A stretch of 64,000 bases of DNA from Planctomycetota bacterium (GCA_965222115.1 CBDCTJ010000007.1:1184001-1248000); one strand, 5' to 3'. Counted from the stretch's first letter, positions 10,701-20,008 are shown. A program made the numbers and translations. The notes: generated by a model not told the origin, from the letters alone.

Positions 10701-11085
10701 AGATGGCGAAACCATGAGCGACGCCGAGCTCTCAAGGCAACTCTACGCCCACCGACACTTTCTGCGTGATGGCATCCATGTGATTCGCGACATCGAAACA
10801 GAAAGCAGTCCAAAGGGGGCGCTTTATAGCGCTTTCGGGACCAAGGGGAAGGCCAACTGTGCTTCGCTCGCAGTCGCTGGGCGCCTCACACAGCGCACGT
10901 GGTCAAGGGACGGGCAGCCTATGGCAGAGCGCGACTTCCATAGCCTGATGAAGCGTGCCCTAGTCGCCGTGGGTTGGGATGGTTCGCCAACGCCGAGCCC
11001 TGCGCCGGCCAGCAACGAGACGTCACGATGGTCAGACCCCGCAGATCCGTCGGTTGAAGACAGCAATATGCCTGGCGGTCGCTGA
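7732..11085 (+). CDS. Large membrane protein with an internal formylglycine-generating-enzyme (SUMF1/FGE-sulfatase) domain
   Basis: YWIDKYPVTNADY, HPVVGVDYFDA, EDEWERAARG, DMVGNCWE, RGGSW and GFRC motifs; acidic disordered flanks; one TM (WMWGLLALAFLLLGYWLW); start uncertain (7639 or 7732). Confidence 0.85.
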   Translation: MEIDPIKAALARTLGMTVPQVGEAATRADRALRASGPLQFDKDGALVGQPKLAPTRVHDQPSDTSDAPSTEEAEPTETQAASSWQDVVTSRVEASGEPSSTKRESPKKAVLPPRLGATTLGGADTSSIGATGVNDREASPLANDPFWRVHTDVSSEEASLGGDAPGELQSKSSTDEPRVKGKEYVSFASLARASRDVDANDVDSEGDDKGSDRLPSFDLHRAIDSSLTPDEPAKGESEHIAVDDVHAGHEDGNSTDFSSAVLEDVRISAEGAEKEYSSSVHEIEQSPAFDDEPFPSESQDDAYEFDPAGDPQSSEAASEEDEAESSSTTTVDVETHISDQVFVPSGPFLYGEAREERSLPAYWIDKYPVTNADYEVFVEETGHRAPAYWPQGQLPRALRDHPVVGVDYFDALAYASWVGKDLPFEDEWERAARGRDGRIFPWGNEPELSGANTARAGVRCTVTVDTHKINISPEGCWDMVGNCWELTHSPAPGGGVVVRGGSWYDFALYAKTYFRFASRPDVCNGTIGFRCVRRDQPRDDAPREVHPGHVADEINKRRGKRPLVDWTSFSAERRDLVPDFAHLARIEAESRASEFAERPLRPTPQHDSDSTYVSPLTPQGVRRDRDTVDSSVTAEINEDGDKREAHTSSDAADREEHANNDFVERREDEDVDSQSRGDTSDDFDPSAFAGDAAREHEQVLHSDAEEDEEEGMDASPYQPAPPEPAATSHVTSPEADAGTDASIDEVQSTQDVSDTSGHRVEQDHDERVHVDAHGAASVGRRSPTGAYVPLSDVMAQKSEKTPEARGPYAPGAGGMKLGATSLEAGQASGMYDAIDNAIRKTAHYDVDDTAQAKTTPLWMWGLLALAFLLLGYWLWQTLASHASDTTSGSQHASLVTEDSNEVPAPAKNELPKVPDWDTLATDGQLAKMIDLANREEFELLKDGAWIFVFVDPQSTTGAKTITESHAVHRRLVGWGIQTAIVIPPSVAEREDGETMSDAELSRQLYAHRHFLRDGIHVIRDIETESSPKGALYSAFGTKGKANCASLAVAGRLTQRTWSRDGQPMAERDFHSLMKRALVAVGWDGSPTPSPAPASNETSRWSDPADPSVEDSNMPGGR

Positions 11086-11093
11086 TCAGTTAG

Positions 11094-12425
11094 TCAGCTA
11101 ATCAATACGTCGTGCAAGCTGCGTACAACGTCGCGCTCATGTTCGCCGTCTACCACGATCTGTAGGTTCGTCTTGGTCGCTCCGTAAGAAATGGCGCGCA
11201 CTGCGACATCGAGATTGCCCACCGCGGTGAGCACCTGACCCGCCAAGCCGCTGGCTTGTTTCATGCGTTCGCCAATGGTGGCGATGAGCGCGTTGCCCGT
11301 CTTGACCGATACGCGTGAAAACGCTTTGAGTTCTTCGACGACGCGGTCCAATCCATCCGCGTTGTCCACCGACTCGGCGTTGTCTACGGATACCGTTACC
11401 GATACTTCGCTCGTGGCGATGAGGTCCACGATCACGTCATGGCGTTTGAACGCGTCGAACACGCGCGCCATGAAGCCCGATTGCCCCAGCATGCGGCCCG
11501 ACACAATGTTGACGAGCGTGATGTTGCTTTTGCTGGCCACGCACGTAGCGCGCGGTGCGTCCTTTTCGTGTGCGGGGCCAATCACCGTGCCTTCGGCGTC
11601 CGGGTCGAGTGTATTCAAAATGCGCACGGGGATGCCCTGTTCCACCGCGGGTTGAATGGTGGCGGGATGAATCACTTTGGCGCCGTAGTAAGCGAGTTCA
11701 CTCGCTTCGGCATACGTCAATCGCTTAACCGGGCGCGCGTCAGGCACAATGCGCGGGTCGGCGGTAAGCACGCCGCTCACGTCGGTCCAAATCTCGACTT
11801 CATCGGCACCGACAGCGCGTCCCACGATTGTGGCGGTGTAGTCCGATCCCGAGCGCCCCAAGGTGGTGACGTTGCCATCCTCGTCGCGGCCAAGAAAGCC
11901 AGTGACCACGGGCACACCCGCCACGGCCCTAAGTGAAGTCCTTAGGTTTTCGTAGGCTTGAGGGAGTGGTCGCGCGGCGGTATAGCGGGGCGTTGTTATA
12001 AGTCCGGCCTGATCGGCGTGTACCGCGGTGGCCAAAATGCCCTCGCGGTTGAGTACAGCCGTTATCGCCTTGACCGACATGCGTTCGCCAAAGGAAGCAA
12101 CTTGGTCCAAGCTTCGCGGCGTTAGCTCACCCAGCAACGCCAGACCTCGAAACATTTGATCGAGGCGTTCTAGATCGTCCTCAACCAAGGCGGTTGGAAG
12201 TGACAGCGCGTCCAAGAGTTCATACTCACGCGAACGCACGGTGGACAGGTCGGGCGAACCTGCTGCGGCATTGTGGGCGCCCGAGAGCAAGAGGTCGGTC
12301 ACGCCGCCGTGAGCCGAACACACAACGAGCGGGTTGCGATTGAGGCGCGAGCGAACCAGGGACACAACGGTGCCAATGCGCTTGCCATCGCCCAGGGATG
12401 TGCCGCCAAACTTCATGACCAGCAT
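11094..12425 (-). CDS. lysC: Aspartate kinase
   Basis: VMKFGGTS, TTLGRSGSDYTA, EIWTDVSGVLTADPR, YGAKVIHP and two ACT domains. Confidence 0.96.
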   Translation of the reverse strand: MLVMKFGGTSLGDGKRIGTVVSLVRSRLNRNPLVVCSAHGGVTDLLLSGAHNAAAGSPDLSTVRSREYELLDALSLPTALVEDDLERLDQMFRGLALLGELTPRSLDQVASFGERMSVKAITAVLNREGILATAVHADQAGLITTPRYTAARPLPQAYENLRTSLRAVAGVPVVTGFLGRDEDGNVTTLGRSGSDYTATIVGRAVGADEVEIWTDVSGVLTADPRIVPDARPVKRLTYAEASELAYYGAKVIHPATIQPAVEQGIPVRILNTLDPDAEGTVIGPAHEKDAPRATCVASKSNITLVNIVSGRMLGQSGFMARVFDAFKRHDVIVDLIATSEVSVTVSVDNAESVDNADGLDRVVEELKAFSRVSVKTGNALIATIGERMKQASGLAGQVLTAVGNLDVAVRAISYGATKTNLQIVVDGEHERDVVRSLHDVLIS

Positions 12426-12602
12426 GAGAGGCCCCTTGGGGTGAACGCCCACCCGCGTGAATCATCGTGGGAGGCGCGGCGAAAAGAAGCGAAACCTCCC
12501 GCGCTGGGTTGGCCGCAACTCTATGCCTTGGGGTCCACCCCGCCGAAAGGTCCGTTACGCTACCTGCTTGGCCCACGCGACTTTCCTTCGTACGGAGGCA
12601 CC

Positions 12603-13853
12603 ATGACCGATCCCCGGGCACGCGAGTTGATCTACGACTGGAATCAGCATGACGAAACGGCTGCCGCTCCGGCGCCGCGCTATGTACACGTGGACGACGA
12701 AACGCTGCGCGACGGACTACAGAGCCCATCGGTGCGCCATCCCCACAAAGACGAGATGGTGGAACTCCTGCATTGCATGGCCGACTTGGGCATTGAGTCG
12801 GTCAACATCGGTCTGCCGGGCGCAGGTCCGCACGTGTTTGAAACCACGATGCACTTGGCTCGCGAATTGGTGAAGCAAAAATTCGACATCTTGCCCAACT
12901 GCGCGGCGCGCACGTTGGTGCCCGACATTGAGCCCATCCTTAAAATCTCGCAGAAGGTGGGCACGCCCATTGAAGTGGCCATGTTCATTGGCTCGAGTCC
13001 TATTCGCATGGAAGTGGAAAATTGGGATGTCGATCACTTACTCAAGACGTCCGAGAAGGCTTTGCGCTACTGCGTGGATAACGACATGCCCATCATGTAC
13101 GTGACCGAAGACACCACGCGTACGCCGCCCGACATCGTACGACGGCTCTATACTCAGGCGATTGAGATGGGGGCCGGGCGCGTTGTGGTGTGCGACACGT
13201 GTGGTCACGCCACGCCGGATGGTGCGCGCGAACTCGTACGTTTTGTTCGCTCCGTTGCCAAAGATTGCGGCAAGCCCGACGTGCAGATCGACTGGCACGG
13301 TCATCAAGACCGTGGCCTTGGTGTCATCAATAGCTTGGCGGCCTATGAAGGTAGCGCCGATCGCCTGCACGCGTCGGGACTCGGCGTGGGCGAGCGCGCG
13401 GGCAATACGCCCATGGATCAGCTCTTGGTCAATCTCAAGTTGCTTGGCTACATCGCCCCCGATCGTGATCTCACCGGACTCGTGAAGTACATCCAATTGG
13501 TTTCGAAATACCTCAATGTTCCGGTGCCCAACAACTATCCCGTGGTTGGCAAAGACGCGTTTGAAACCGGCACGGGCGTACACGCGGCCGCCGTCATCAA
13601 GGCGCTAAAGCGTGGCGACAGCTACCTAGCCAACCGCGTGTATTCCGGCGTACCTGCCGATGACTTTGGCCTGTCGCAGCGCATCTTGGTTGGACCCATG
13701 AGCGGCAAGTCCAACGTGGTGTGGTGGTTGGAAGAAAACGGCCATGAAGCCACCGACGAACGCATTGAACAACTCTTCCGCGCCGCCAAAAACAGCAATC
13801 ACAACTTGAGCGACGAAGAGTGCGCCGAGGCCCTCGGCCTCGCCACGTCGTGA
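12603..13853 (+). CDS. LeuA-family Claisen-condensing enzyme (2-isopropylmalate/homocitrate synthase-like) lacking the regulatory domain
   Basis: DETLRDGLQS, HGHQDRG, GVGERAGN and GVH motifs; SD GGAGG before ATG 12603. Confidence 0.88.
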   Translation: MTDPRARELIYDWNQHDETAAAPAPRYVHVDDETLRDGLQSPSVRHPHKDEMVELLHCMADLGIESVNIGLPGAGPHVFETTMHLARELVKQKFDILPNCAARTLVPDIEPILKISQKVGTPIEVAMFIGSSPIRMEVENWDVDHLLKTSEKALRYCVDNDMPIMYVTEDTTRTPPDIVRRLYTQAIEMGAGRVVVCDTCGHATPDGARELVRFVRSVAKDCGKPDVQIDWHGHQDRGLGVINSLAAYEGSADRLHASGLGVGERAGNTPMDQLLVNLKLLGYIAPDRDLTGLVKYIQLVSKYLNVPVPNNYPVVGKDAFETGTGVHAAAVIKALKRGDSYLANRVYSGVPADDFGLSQRILVGPMSGKSNVVWWLEENGHEATDERIEQLFRAAKNSNHNLSDEECAEALGLATS

Positions 13854-14371
13854 CACAGTCACGGGGCCTGCCGAAGTACAACGTCGCGCACGAATTCGAG
13901 CGAGTGCGTCCACGTTGTTGTTCGATTTTGCATTGGCGGGACTTTTCGGAGACACGCCGGTGACGACAACCAGGCGAACGTCCTAGGTCGAGCAAGGTGG
14001 CGTATTGCAATGCCTGACACGCACCTATAGTGGTGCTGAAGCAGGCGGCATTGCGCCCATGGCATAGCAACGCGTACCAAACGTCGTGACGTGTTCGTTC
14101 GTAGCGCGTCACGTAGTGGGTGCGCCGTGTTGTTTGTCATGTTGTCGTGCAAAGTCATGTTGTGCAGCGCTCGGTGACGAAACGCAAGCGCGTTGTTCGC
14201 TGGCCGGTGCCATAACACAACGTAGATTTTGGCGCGCTCGAGTGCGAAGGCGCTGAATGTTCAGCACCGCGCATCCGAGCTTGTGTAGGAGGGTTCGCAC
14301 CAGCCGTATGCCGTTTGCGCTCTGTCGAGCGCCAGCCCATTCACTCGGTGCGACCAAGGAGGCAGTAGTTT

Positions 14372-15688
14372 ATGCAGAAGAGTCCGAAGCCGGCTCGTCT
14401 GGTGATGTTCGCGCTTGTTCCCGCAGCAGTCGTTGTGGCGTGGGCAGCCATGGGCTGTTCCGCTAAGAGCGACTTTTGGGATCGCAGTGGTGGTGCAACC
14501 ACGTACACGACCATGCCCCATCAATCCATGCCACGGGGGTCGCGTCCGTCGTATGGCATGCGCGAGGCGCCTCGACAGGCACCGCCTCCTGGCTGGGGCA
14601 TTCCGGAAGACGCCGCACGTCGCGGCGCGCGCCGTTCGGTTGCCCAAGCGCCCTCGGCGAACGCGGGCGATGAAGAGGCCCAAGTCTTGGCCCAAGTCAA
14701 CGCGATTCGTGCGCGTCGTGGCCTTCCTGCGCTCACCTACAACCCCAACCTGCATCAAGCGGCGCGCGAACACAGCTTGGAGCAAAAGCGCCATAACTAC
14801 ATGGGACACGGTTCACCCGATCCACGCCGTCGCACCCTTGCGCAGCGCATGAAGCTGGCTGGGTACTCCGGTCGCGCATTTGGCGAAGTGGTCGCTAAAG
14901 GATTTCGTTCCACATCGGGCGTGGTGCAGGGATGGATGAACAGTCCCAGCCACCGCGACATCTTGCTAGATCGCGAACTCACCGAAGCTGCGTTTAGTCG
15001 CGTCGGCACCTATTGGACCGGCAACTTCGGCCGGCCGTTCGCTCCAGGGGAGTCTCAGCGAGGCAGGTGGCATCGCGTGCCCGTTGGCATGGTGCACGAC
15101 ACACCTGCCGCGCCCGGGATGATGCCCGCGCATACGCCCACCCACTCGGCGCCAACGCCGGTCTATCGCCCGGTACCAAGTTGGCCTGCGCCGGTGCAGC
15201 GCCACGTTGCCTATACGTCGTCGCCAACGCCCTACACGTCTGTTCGTCGTCCCGCGTTTGCGCGCGCCCCCGCCGACTTTTATCGATCGGACTGGTCTAC
15301 TCAGCGCGGTTGGGGATCGGCCAAGCCCTATAGCACGGTCAAGAACGCCGACCACTCAGGGAGCGGCACCGATGTTGGTTGGGTGCCCACATCGGTAACG
15401 CCCGAATGGGGCGGGTCGGCCAAGCCGTTCCGCGCGTCCGGTTCGTCCAGTGATTGGGGTGATAGTGTGCCTTATCGAGCTGCGCACAACAGCCGTTCAT
15501 CATTTGGAGGTTCATTTGGCAGTGCGCCCTACAGTCCAGCGCCCGCGCCGGTGATGCGCGCGCCCGTATTGCAGCCTGCGCCGCAGTTGGTAGAGATCGT
15601 TCAGCCCGCTCCGCCGCCTGTGATCCGCAAGAAGCGATCCTGGCGTCGCTGCAGCCCGTCGCCCGTGCCTCCCGAGTGTAAGACCTGA
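14372..15688 (+). CDS. CAP/SCP-domain lipoprotein with a long Pro/Ser-rich tail
   Basis: Lipobox AMGC; VNAIRARRGLPAL..AAREHS..H..GEVVA..WMNSPSHRDILL is a CAP domain; SD AAGGAGG. Confidence 0.85.
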   Translation: MQKSPKPARLVMFALVPAAVVVAWAAMGCSAKSDFWDRSGGATTYTTMPHQSMPRGSRPSYGMREAPRQAPPPGWGIPEDAARRGARRSVAQAPSANAGDEEAQVLAQVNAIRARRGLPALTYNPNLHQAAREHSLEQKRHNYMGHGSPDPRRRTLAQRMKLAGYSGRAFGEVVAKGFRSTSGVVQGWMNSPSHRDILLDRELTEAAFSRVGTYWTGNFGRPFAPGESQRGRWHRVPVGMVHDTPAAPGMMPAHTPTHSAPTPVYRPVPSWPAPVQRHVAYTSSPTPYTSVRRPAFARAPADFYRSDWSTQRGWGSAKPYSTVKNADHSGSGTDVGWVPTSVTPEWGGSAKPFRASGSSSDWGDSVPYRAAHNSRSSFGGSFGSAPYSPAPAPVMRAPVLQPAPQLVEIVQPAPPPVIRKKRSWRRCSPSPVPPECKT

Positions 15689-15782
15689 AGTCGCTAATGC
15701 GTCCGGTTCGGACGCTACACATTTCACTCGGTTCGATACGCGGCGGCATCGATACGTTGCCGCTTGCGTCGCGTGAGGGTTC

Positions 15783-16598
15783 GTGAACGACCTTTCCACG
15801 CTCCCATTCTATATTGTCCACGCGTTTACCCACACGCGACACGCCGGGAATCCCGCGGCGGTCTGTTTGAATGAAGCATGGCTACCCGACGCCGTCATGC
15901 TTCGCATCGCCAAGGAGAACGGGTTTTCCGAAACCGCCTTCGCGATTCCTGGTGACGAAGACGGAGGGCGATGGGCGCTGCGTTGGTTCACGCCCAAAGT
16001 TGAAATGCCACTCTGCGGACACGCCACGTTGGCCACGGCATTCGTGCTCTTTCACGATGTCGAGACTGAACGCGAAGCGCTGGTGTTCGATACGGCCAGC
16101 GGGGAACTCCATGCGCGTATGGACGACGATCGAGTTGTCATCGACTTTCCTTCACGGATAGCACATTCGCTTCCTGAGCCTTCGTGGGTTCACGATTTCG
16201 CACCCAACGCTTCTCCATCCGACGTTCTTGAATGCGACGACGTAACAATGCTCGTGCTTTCGAGTGAACGCGACGTGCTAGCGTTCGCTCCTCGCTTCGA
16301 CGCGATCCCTCGCAATCAACATGCCGTTATTGTGACGGCCGAGGGTGAAGGCGATGTGGATTTCGTGTCGCGCTACTTTGCGCCGCATGTGGGCGTGCCC
16401 GAAGATCCCGTAACCGGCTCGGCGCACTGCGTGTTGACGCCCTACTGGGCAAAGCGCCTCGGCAAAGACACGTTGCGTGCACAACAACTGTCCGAGCGCG
16501 GCGGCGAAATCCGATGCACGTTGGCGGGCGATCGCGTGCATCTCGCTGGTCACGCCGTGTTGTATGTACGCGGTGAGCTGTCTACGTCAACGACGTAA
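15783..16598 (+). CDS. PhzF-family isomerase/epimerase
   Basis: AFT..GNPAAV, FSETAF, LRWFTP.EMPLCGHATLA and EDPVTGSAH motifs. Confidence 0.95.
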   Translation: MNDLSTLPFYIVHAFTHTRHAGNPAAVCLNEAWLPDAVMLRIAKENGFSETAFAIPGDEDGGRWALRWFTPKVEMPLCGHATLATAFVLFHDVETEREALVFDTASGELHARMDDDRVVIDFPSRIAHSLPEPSWVHDFAPNASPSDVLECDDVTMLVLSSERDVLAFAPRFDAIPRNQHAVIVTAEGEGDVDFVSRYFAPHVGVPEDPVTGSAHCVLTPYWAKRLGKDTLRAQQLSERGGEIRCTLAGDRVHLAGHAVLYVRGELSTSTT

Positions 16599-16601
16599 CG
16601 A

Positions 16602-19600
16602 TTATTCCTTTTTCGGCTGATCGTCGGAGCGGTGGAACTTCTTCTGAAGTCGTTCGAGCATGCGCTGCATGCGTTCTTCCTCAGTCAGTACGCTCTCGTC
16701 GATGATCTGCGCTTCCTTGTCCTCAGGTGGATCTTCGGCCTTCAAGCTGATGGTGCGCGGCGTGTTCTTGTCGAAGCGCGGCCCGCGTCGCTTATCGCCG
16801 CGACCATAGCCAGAACTGCGGTCACGATCGAACTTGCCACCGCGACGACCCGGCTTGCTGTCACGCCCCGGCCGTCCGCGGCCCCGCCCTCGATTTGCAT
16901 TGTCATCGCGTCGCGTCCCGCCGTCCCGCCGCGAGCCGCCGTCGCGACGCTCGCCACCGCGTCCGCCGCCACTGCGACCGGCAAACATTTGACGTTCGCC
17001 GGCACCGGCGCCCGCGCGCTCGCGTGGTGGACCTCCGCGACCCGATCTTCCCTGGGGTCCTCTTTGAGATCCTCGACGAGGTCTGCGATCGGTTGCGCCG
17101 CGCCCGCGTCCTGGAGCGCGTCCCGCCCCCGGCTTGAGTGACAGTGTGATCCGTTTGCGTCCGGGCTCCACATCCACGACGTAGGCGTCTACGACTGCGC
17201 CCACCGGTGCAACCGTGGCGGGGTCCACGCCGGGGCGTCCCATGTGGGCCACCGGTATCAATGCTTCGGTGCCCATGCCCACATCAACAAACACGCCAAA
17301 GGGAGCGGCACGCAAGACACGTCCGTTCATGCGCAGGCCGGGTTTGAGATCGGCGAGCGTCATACCTTCGGGTGGGGGAATCATGGCGCGGTGTTGGGGG
17401 CGCGGATCTTTCATGCCCTCACCGAGTTGGAACAACACGTACCGCGCCGTTGCCTTCTCGTCGTCGTTGCTTGAAAGCTCGTCGACGTTGACACGGCGTC
17501 GTGCCTGCGGATCGTTGAACAACGTCGCCACATCAACGCCAGCCTGCTTGGCTATGGCCTCCACCAAGTCAAACTGCGACGGATGCAGTTGCGTGCGGTC
17601 ACGCAAGTCTTCCGCCTGGGGTAAGTAGAGGAAACCGACGGCTTGTTCCGCAATGCCCGGGCCCACATCCGTTGCGGCCGCGATCGAGGCCTTCTTTTCA
17701 ATCGGCGAGCGCTCTCCGCGCCACGCAACGAAACCCTTGGCGGCCTTGCGCGTGAAGCCCGGCACGCAGGCCATTAGGTCTTCGGACGCTTTGAGTGGAT
17801 TCACACCCACATGCGCCACGCAGCTATCGGTAACTTCACGCATCGCGGCGCGCAAGCGACCTTGATGAACATCGTGCACGTGGGGGCCGAGACCGAGGGC
17901 CTTGGGTTCAATCGATACGAGTTCCGAAATCGGATCCTGAAAGCGGCGCGCAATGGACAACGCCCCGCGCGCTTCGGCCGGTACAACCGGTCGCTCCGGA
18001 CACTCGAGCGGGCCCGACGATTCAAGCGCGCGTGTCCCGCCATCCGGAACCTCGTTGACGTCAATGGTAGCCGCGTCTTCCGTGCCCTCCTTGGGTGTGG
18101 CCGCTTCGCGCGCGAGAGAAACCGCTTCCGCACGACCCCCGCTCTTGCCCACCGCGATGGCTTGAACGTTGTAGGTGGCGAGTACGCCTCGCAACTCTTC
18201 CACACATGCTTCGCGTCCTGCAGTGGCCTCGTGTGGCAACTGGCCCGAGCCACTCGGGAGTCCCTGCTCGTCAATTGCACACCAGCGGTGACCGTTGGTG
18301 ACATCCGGGCGAATGCCAAGCGTCGTGATGGGCCCTGCATAGGGACCAAGCAAGAGGTTCTTGAGGTTGCGCTCGAACGTTTCCATGGCGAGCGCGTCGG
18401 CACGTGCCTTGTGCATGCTGCGCATTTCGCTCTGCATGAGTGGCTTGAGAATGCGGCGATAACCGTCTTCCACGGCCGCCTTCAAGAAGCCTTCAAACGG
18501 GTGGCTGTCCTTGATGACGTGTTTGTAGACCAGCGTGAGCGCGTCATCCTCGTTGGGCTCAATGCTCGCAACAACGCCGCGTTCCTTCTCCGCGCGTCGC
18601 ACGGCGAGCAACTTCATGGGCGTTACTTTGTCGAGCGGCATATCCATGCCAATTAGGCTCTTATGGCGTGGCAGCACGCCGCCTTCACCCTTTTCGCCCT
18701 TGCCCTTCTTGTCACCGCTTTTCTTGTCGTTGCGCTTGGCGACTCTTAGTCGCGCCGTACGCCGAAAGAGGTCGCGAATCTTGGCGCGTAGCGCGGCATC
18801 GATGCTGCAGTTCTCGGCAATAATGTCCCGTGCACCACCGAGTGCTTCGTCGAGCGTTGCGGGGGCTTCGCCTTCTTTGACAAAGGGTTGGGCCAGCTCA
18901 CTGAGCGGCTTACTTTCCGTTGCTTGCAAAATGGCATCGGCGAGTGGCTGCAGTCCCTGACCGCGAGCAACCATGGCACGGCTGGCCATCACCGGTAAAT
19001 AGGGCGCCGCAAAGTCCTCCATGGCTGCAATTTCGCTGGCCTGGTTCAGACCCTTCTGAACCTCGTCCGTAAGCGCGCCGCGTCGCTTGAGCAATTCGCG
19101 AATGGCGATGCGCGCTTCCTCTTCGCGTAGGGCCGCGCGGTAGTTGCGCCGCAAGTCGCGCAGGCGGCGTTCGTCCATGCCTTTGGTGTCGGCTCGGCGA
19201 AAGCGTGCGACATAGTTGAGATGTTGGCCCTCAAGCATGAGAGTGAGTGCGGCCTTGCGTGCTTCTTCGCTACCGCCCTTGCCCCTGCACGCACGTTCAA
19301 ACGCGCGCTGCTTCGCCTCGTCTTTGAACTCGGCGGGAATCGGTGGTGGCTCAGGGGCGCGAATAGGTGGGGGACGCCTGCGCGGGCGCTTCTTCTTTGC
19401 CTTCGCTTTGGGCTTTTCGTCGGTCTCCTCGTTTGTGGCATCCTGCTTGGCGTCAGACGCACTGCTCGCGCTCGATTCTTCGCCTGAATCGGTTGCGTTG
19501 GATGCGTCGGTTGCGTTGGATGTGCCGGTTGCGCTGGATGTATCGGGAGCCGGTGCAGCGTCTTGTTGCGGCGCACCTTCTTGCTGGGGCGTGTCTTCCT

Positions 19601-19847
19601 GAGTTGCGTCTGGCGTCACCGTGTCCGTTTCGGTCGCCGATGCGGGCACGGATTCGGGAGTTGATGGCGCTGTGTCTTGAGGGGCACGTTCAGCCGGTTC
19701 GTTCGCGGCCACGGGTTCCGGGGTGCGCGTTGGCTCCGGCGACTCGGGTGCGTGTTCCCCTTTGGCACTGTTTTCGTTCGACGGCACGTGTTCATTTGAA
19801 GGCACGTGTTCATTCGGAGGCAAGTGGGGAGCGGGTTCATCACTCAT
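16602..19847 (-). CDS. tex: Tex-family RNA-binding transcription accessory protein (divergent, extended)
   Basis: YVARFRR, GARDIIAE, SIARRFQDPISELV, HDVHQ, HhH region and an S1 domain (PFGVFVDVG); low-complexity N- and C-terminal extensions. Confidence 0.88.
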   Translation of the reverse strand: MSDEPAPHLPPNEHVPSNEHVPSNENSAKGEHAPESPEPTRTPEPVAANEPAERAPQDTAPSTPESVPASATETDTVTPDATQEDTPQQEGAPQQDAAPAPDTSSATGTSNATDASNATDSGEESSASSASDAKQDATNEETDEKPKAKAKKKRPRRRPPPIRAPEPPPIPAEFKDEAKQRAFERACRGKGGSEEARKAALTLMLEGQHLNYVARFRRADTKGMDERRLRDLRRNYRAALREEEARIAIRELLKRRGALTDEVQKGLNQASEIAAMEDFAAPYLPVMASRAMVARGQGLQPLADAILQATESKPLSELAQPFVKEGEAPATLDEALGGARDIIAENCSIDAALRAKIRDLFRRTARLRVAKRNDKKSGDKKGKGEKGEGGVLPRHKSLIGMDMPLDKVTPMKLLAVRRAEKERGVVASIEPNEDDALTLVYKHVIKDSHPFEGFLKAAVEDGYRRILKPLMQSEMRSMHKARADALAMETFERNLKNLLLGPYAGPITTLGIRPDVTNGHRWCAIDEQGLPSGSGQLPHEATAGREACVEELRGVLATYNVQAIAVGKSGGRAEAVSLAREAATPKEGTEDAATIDVNEVPDGGTRALESSGPLECPERPVVPAEARGALSIARRFQDPISELVSIEPKALGLGPHVHDVHQGRLRAAMREVTDSCVAHVGVNPLKASEDLMACVPGFTRKAAKGFVAWRGERSPIEKKASIAAATDVGPGIAEQAVGFLYLPQAEDLRDRTQLHPSQFDLVEAIAKQAGVDVATLFNDPQARRRVNVDELSSNDDEKATARYVLFQLGEGMKDPRPQHRAMIPPPEGMTLADLKPGLRMNGRVLRAAPFGVFVDVGMGTEALIPVAHMGRPGVDPATVAPVGAVVDAYVVDVEPGRKRITLSLKPGAGRAPGRGRGATDRRPRRGSQRGPQGRSGRGGPPRERAGAGAGERQMFAGRSGGGRGGERRDGGSRRDGGTRRDDNANRGRGRGRPGRDSKPGRRGGKFDRDRSSGYGRGDKRRGPRFDKNTPRTISLKAEDPPEDKEAQIIDESVLTEEERMQRMLERLQKKFHRSDDQPKKE

Positions 19848-20008
19848 AGCGAGAAGGTCCGGGTATGGAAATGGGGCGCCAACGAATTGCCGCGGGCCAT
19901 ACGCGGCGCATGCGTCGGGGAATCGTTTCTTTCATGACTCAACTAGCGCGTTGCACTGACGTGATTGGACCACAGGAGGTGCTGGGGCTCAAGCGGTGAC
20001 GTCAAACT

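Noticed and set aside
12426-12602. Lysine riboswitch upstream of lysC
   Set aside because: The spacer must also hold two promoters, and I could not find the conserved lysine-riboswitch elements in order on the minus strand; an Rfam scan would settle it
14228-14246. Sigma-54 promoter (TTGGCGCG...TGC)
   Set aside because: The GG-to-GC spacing is 11 nt rather than the required 10
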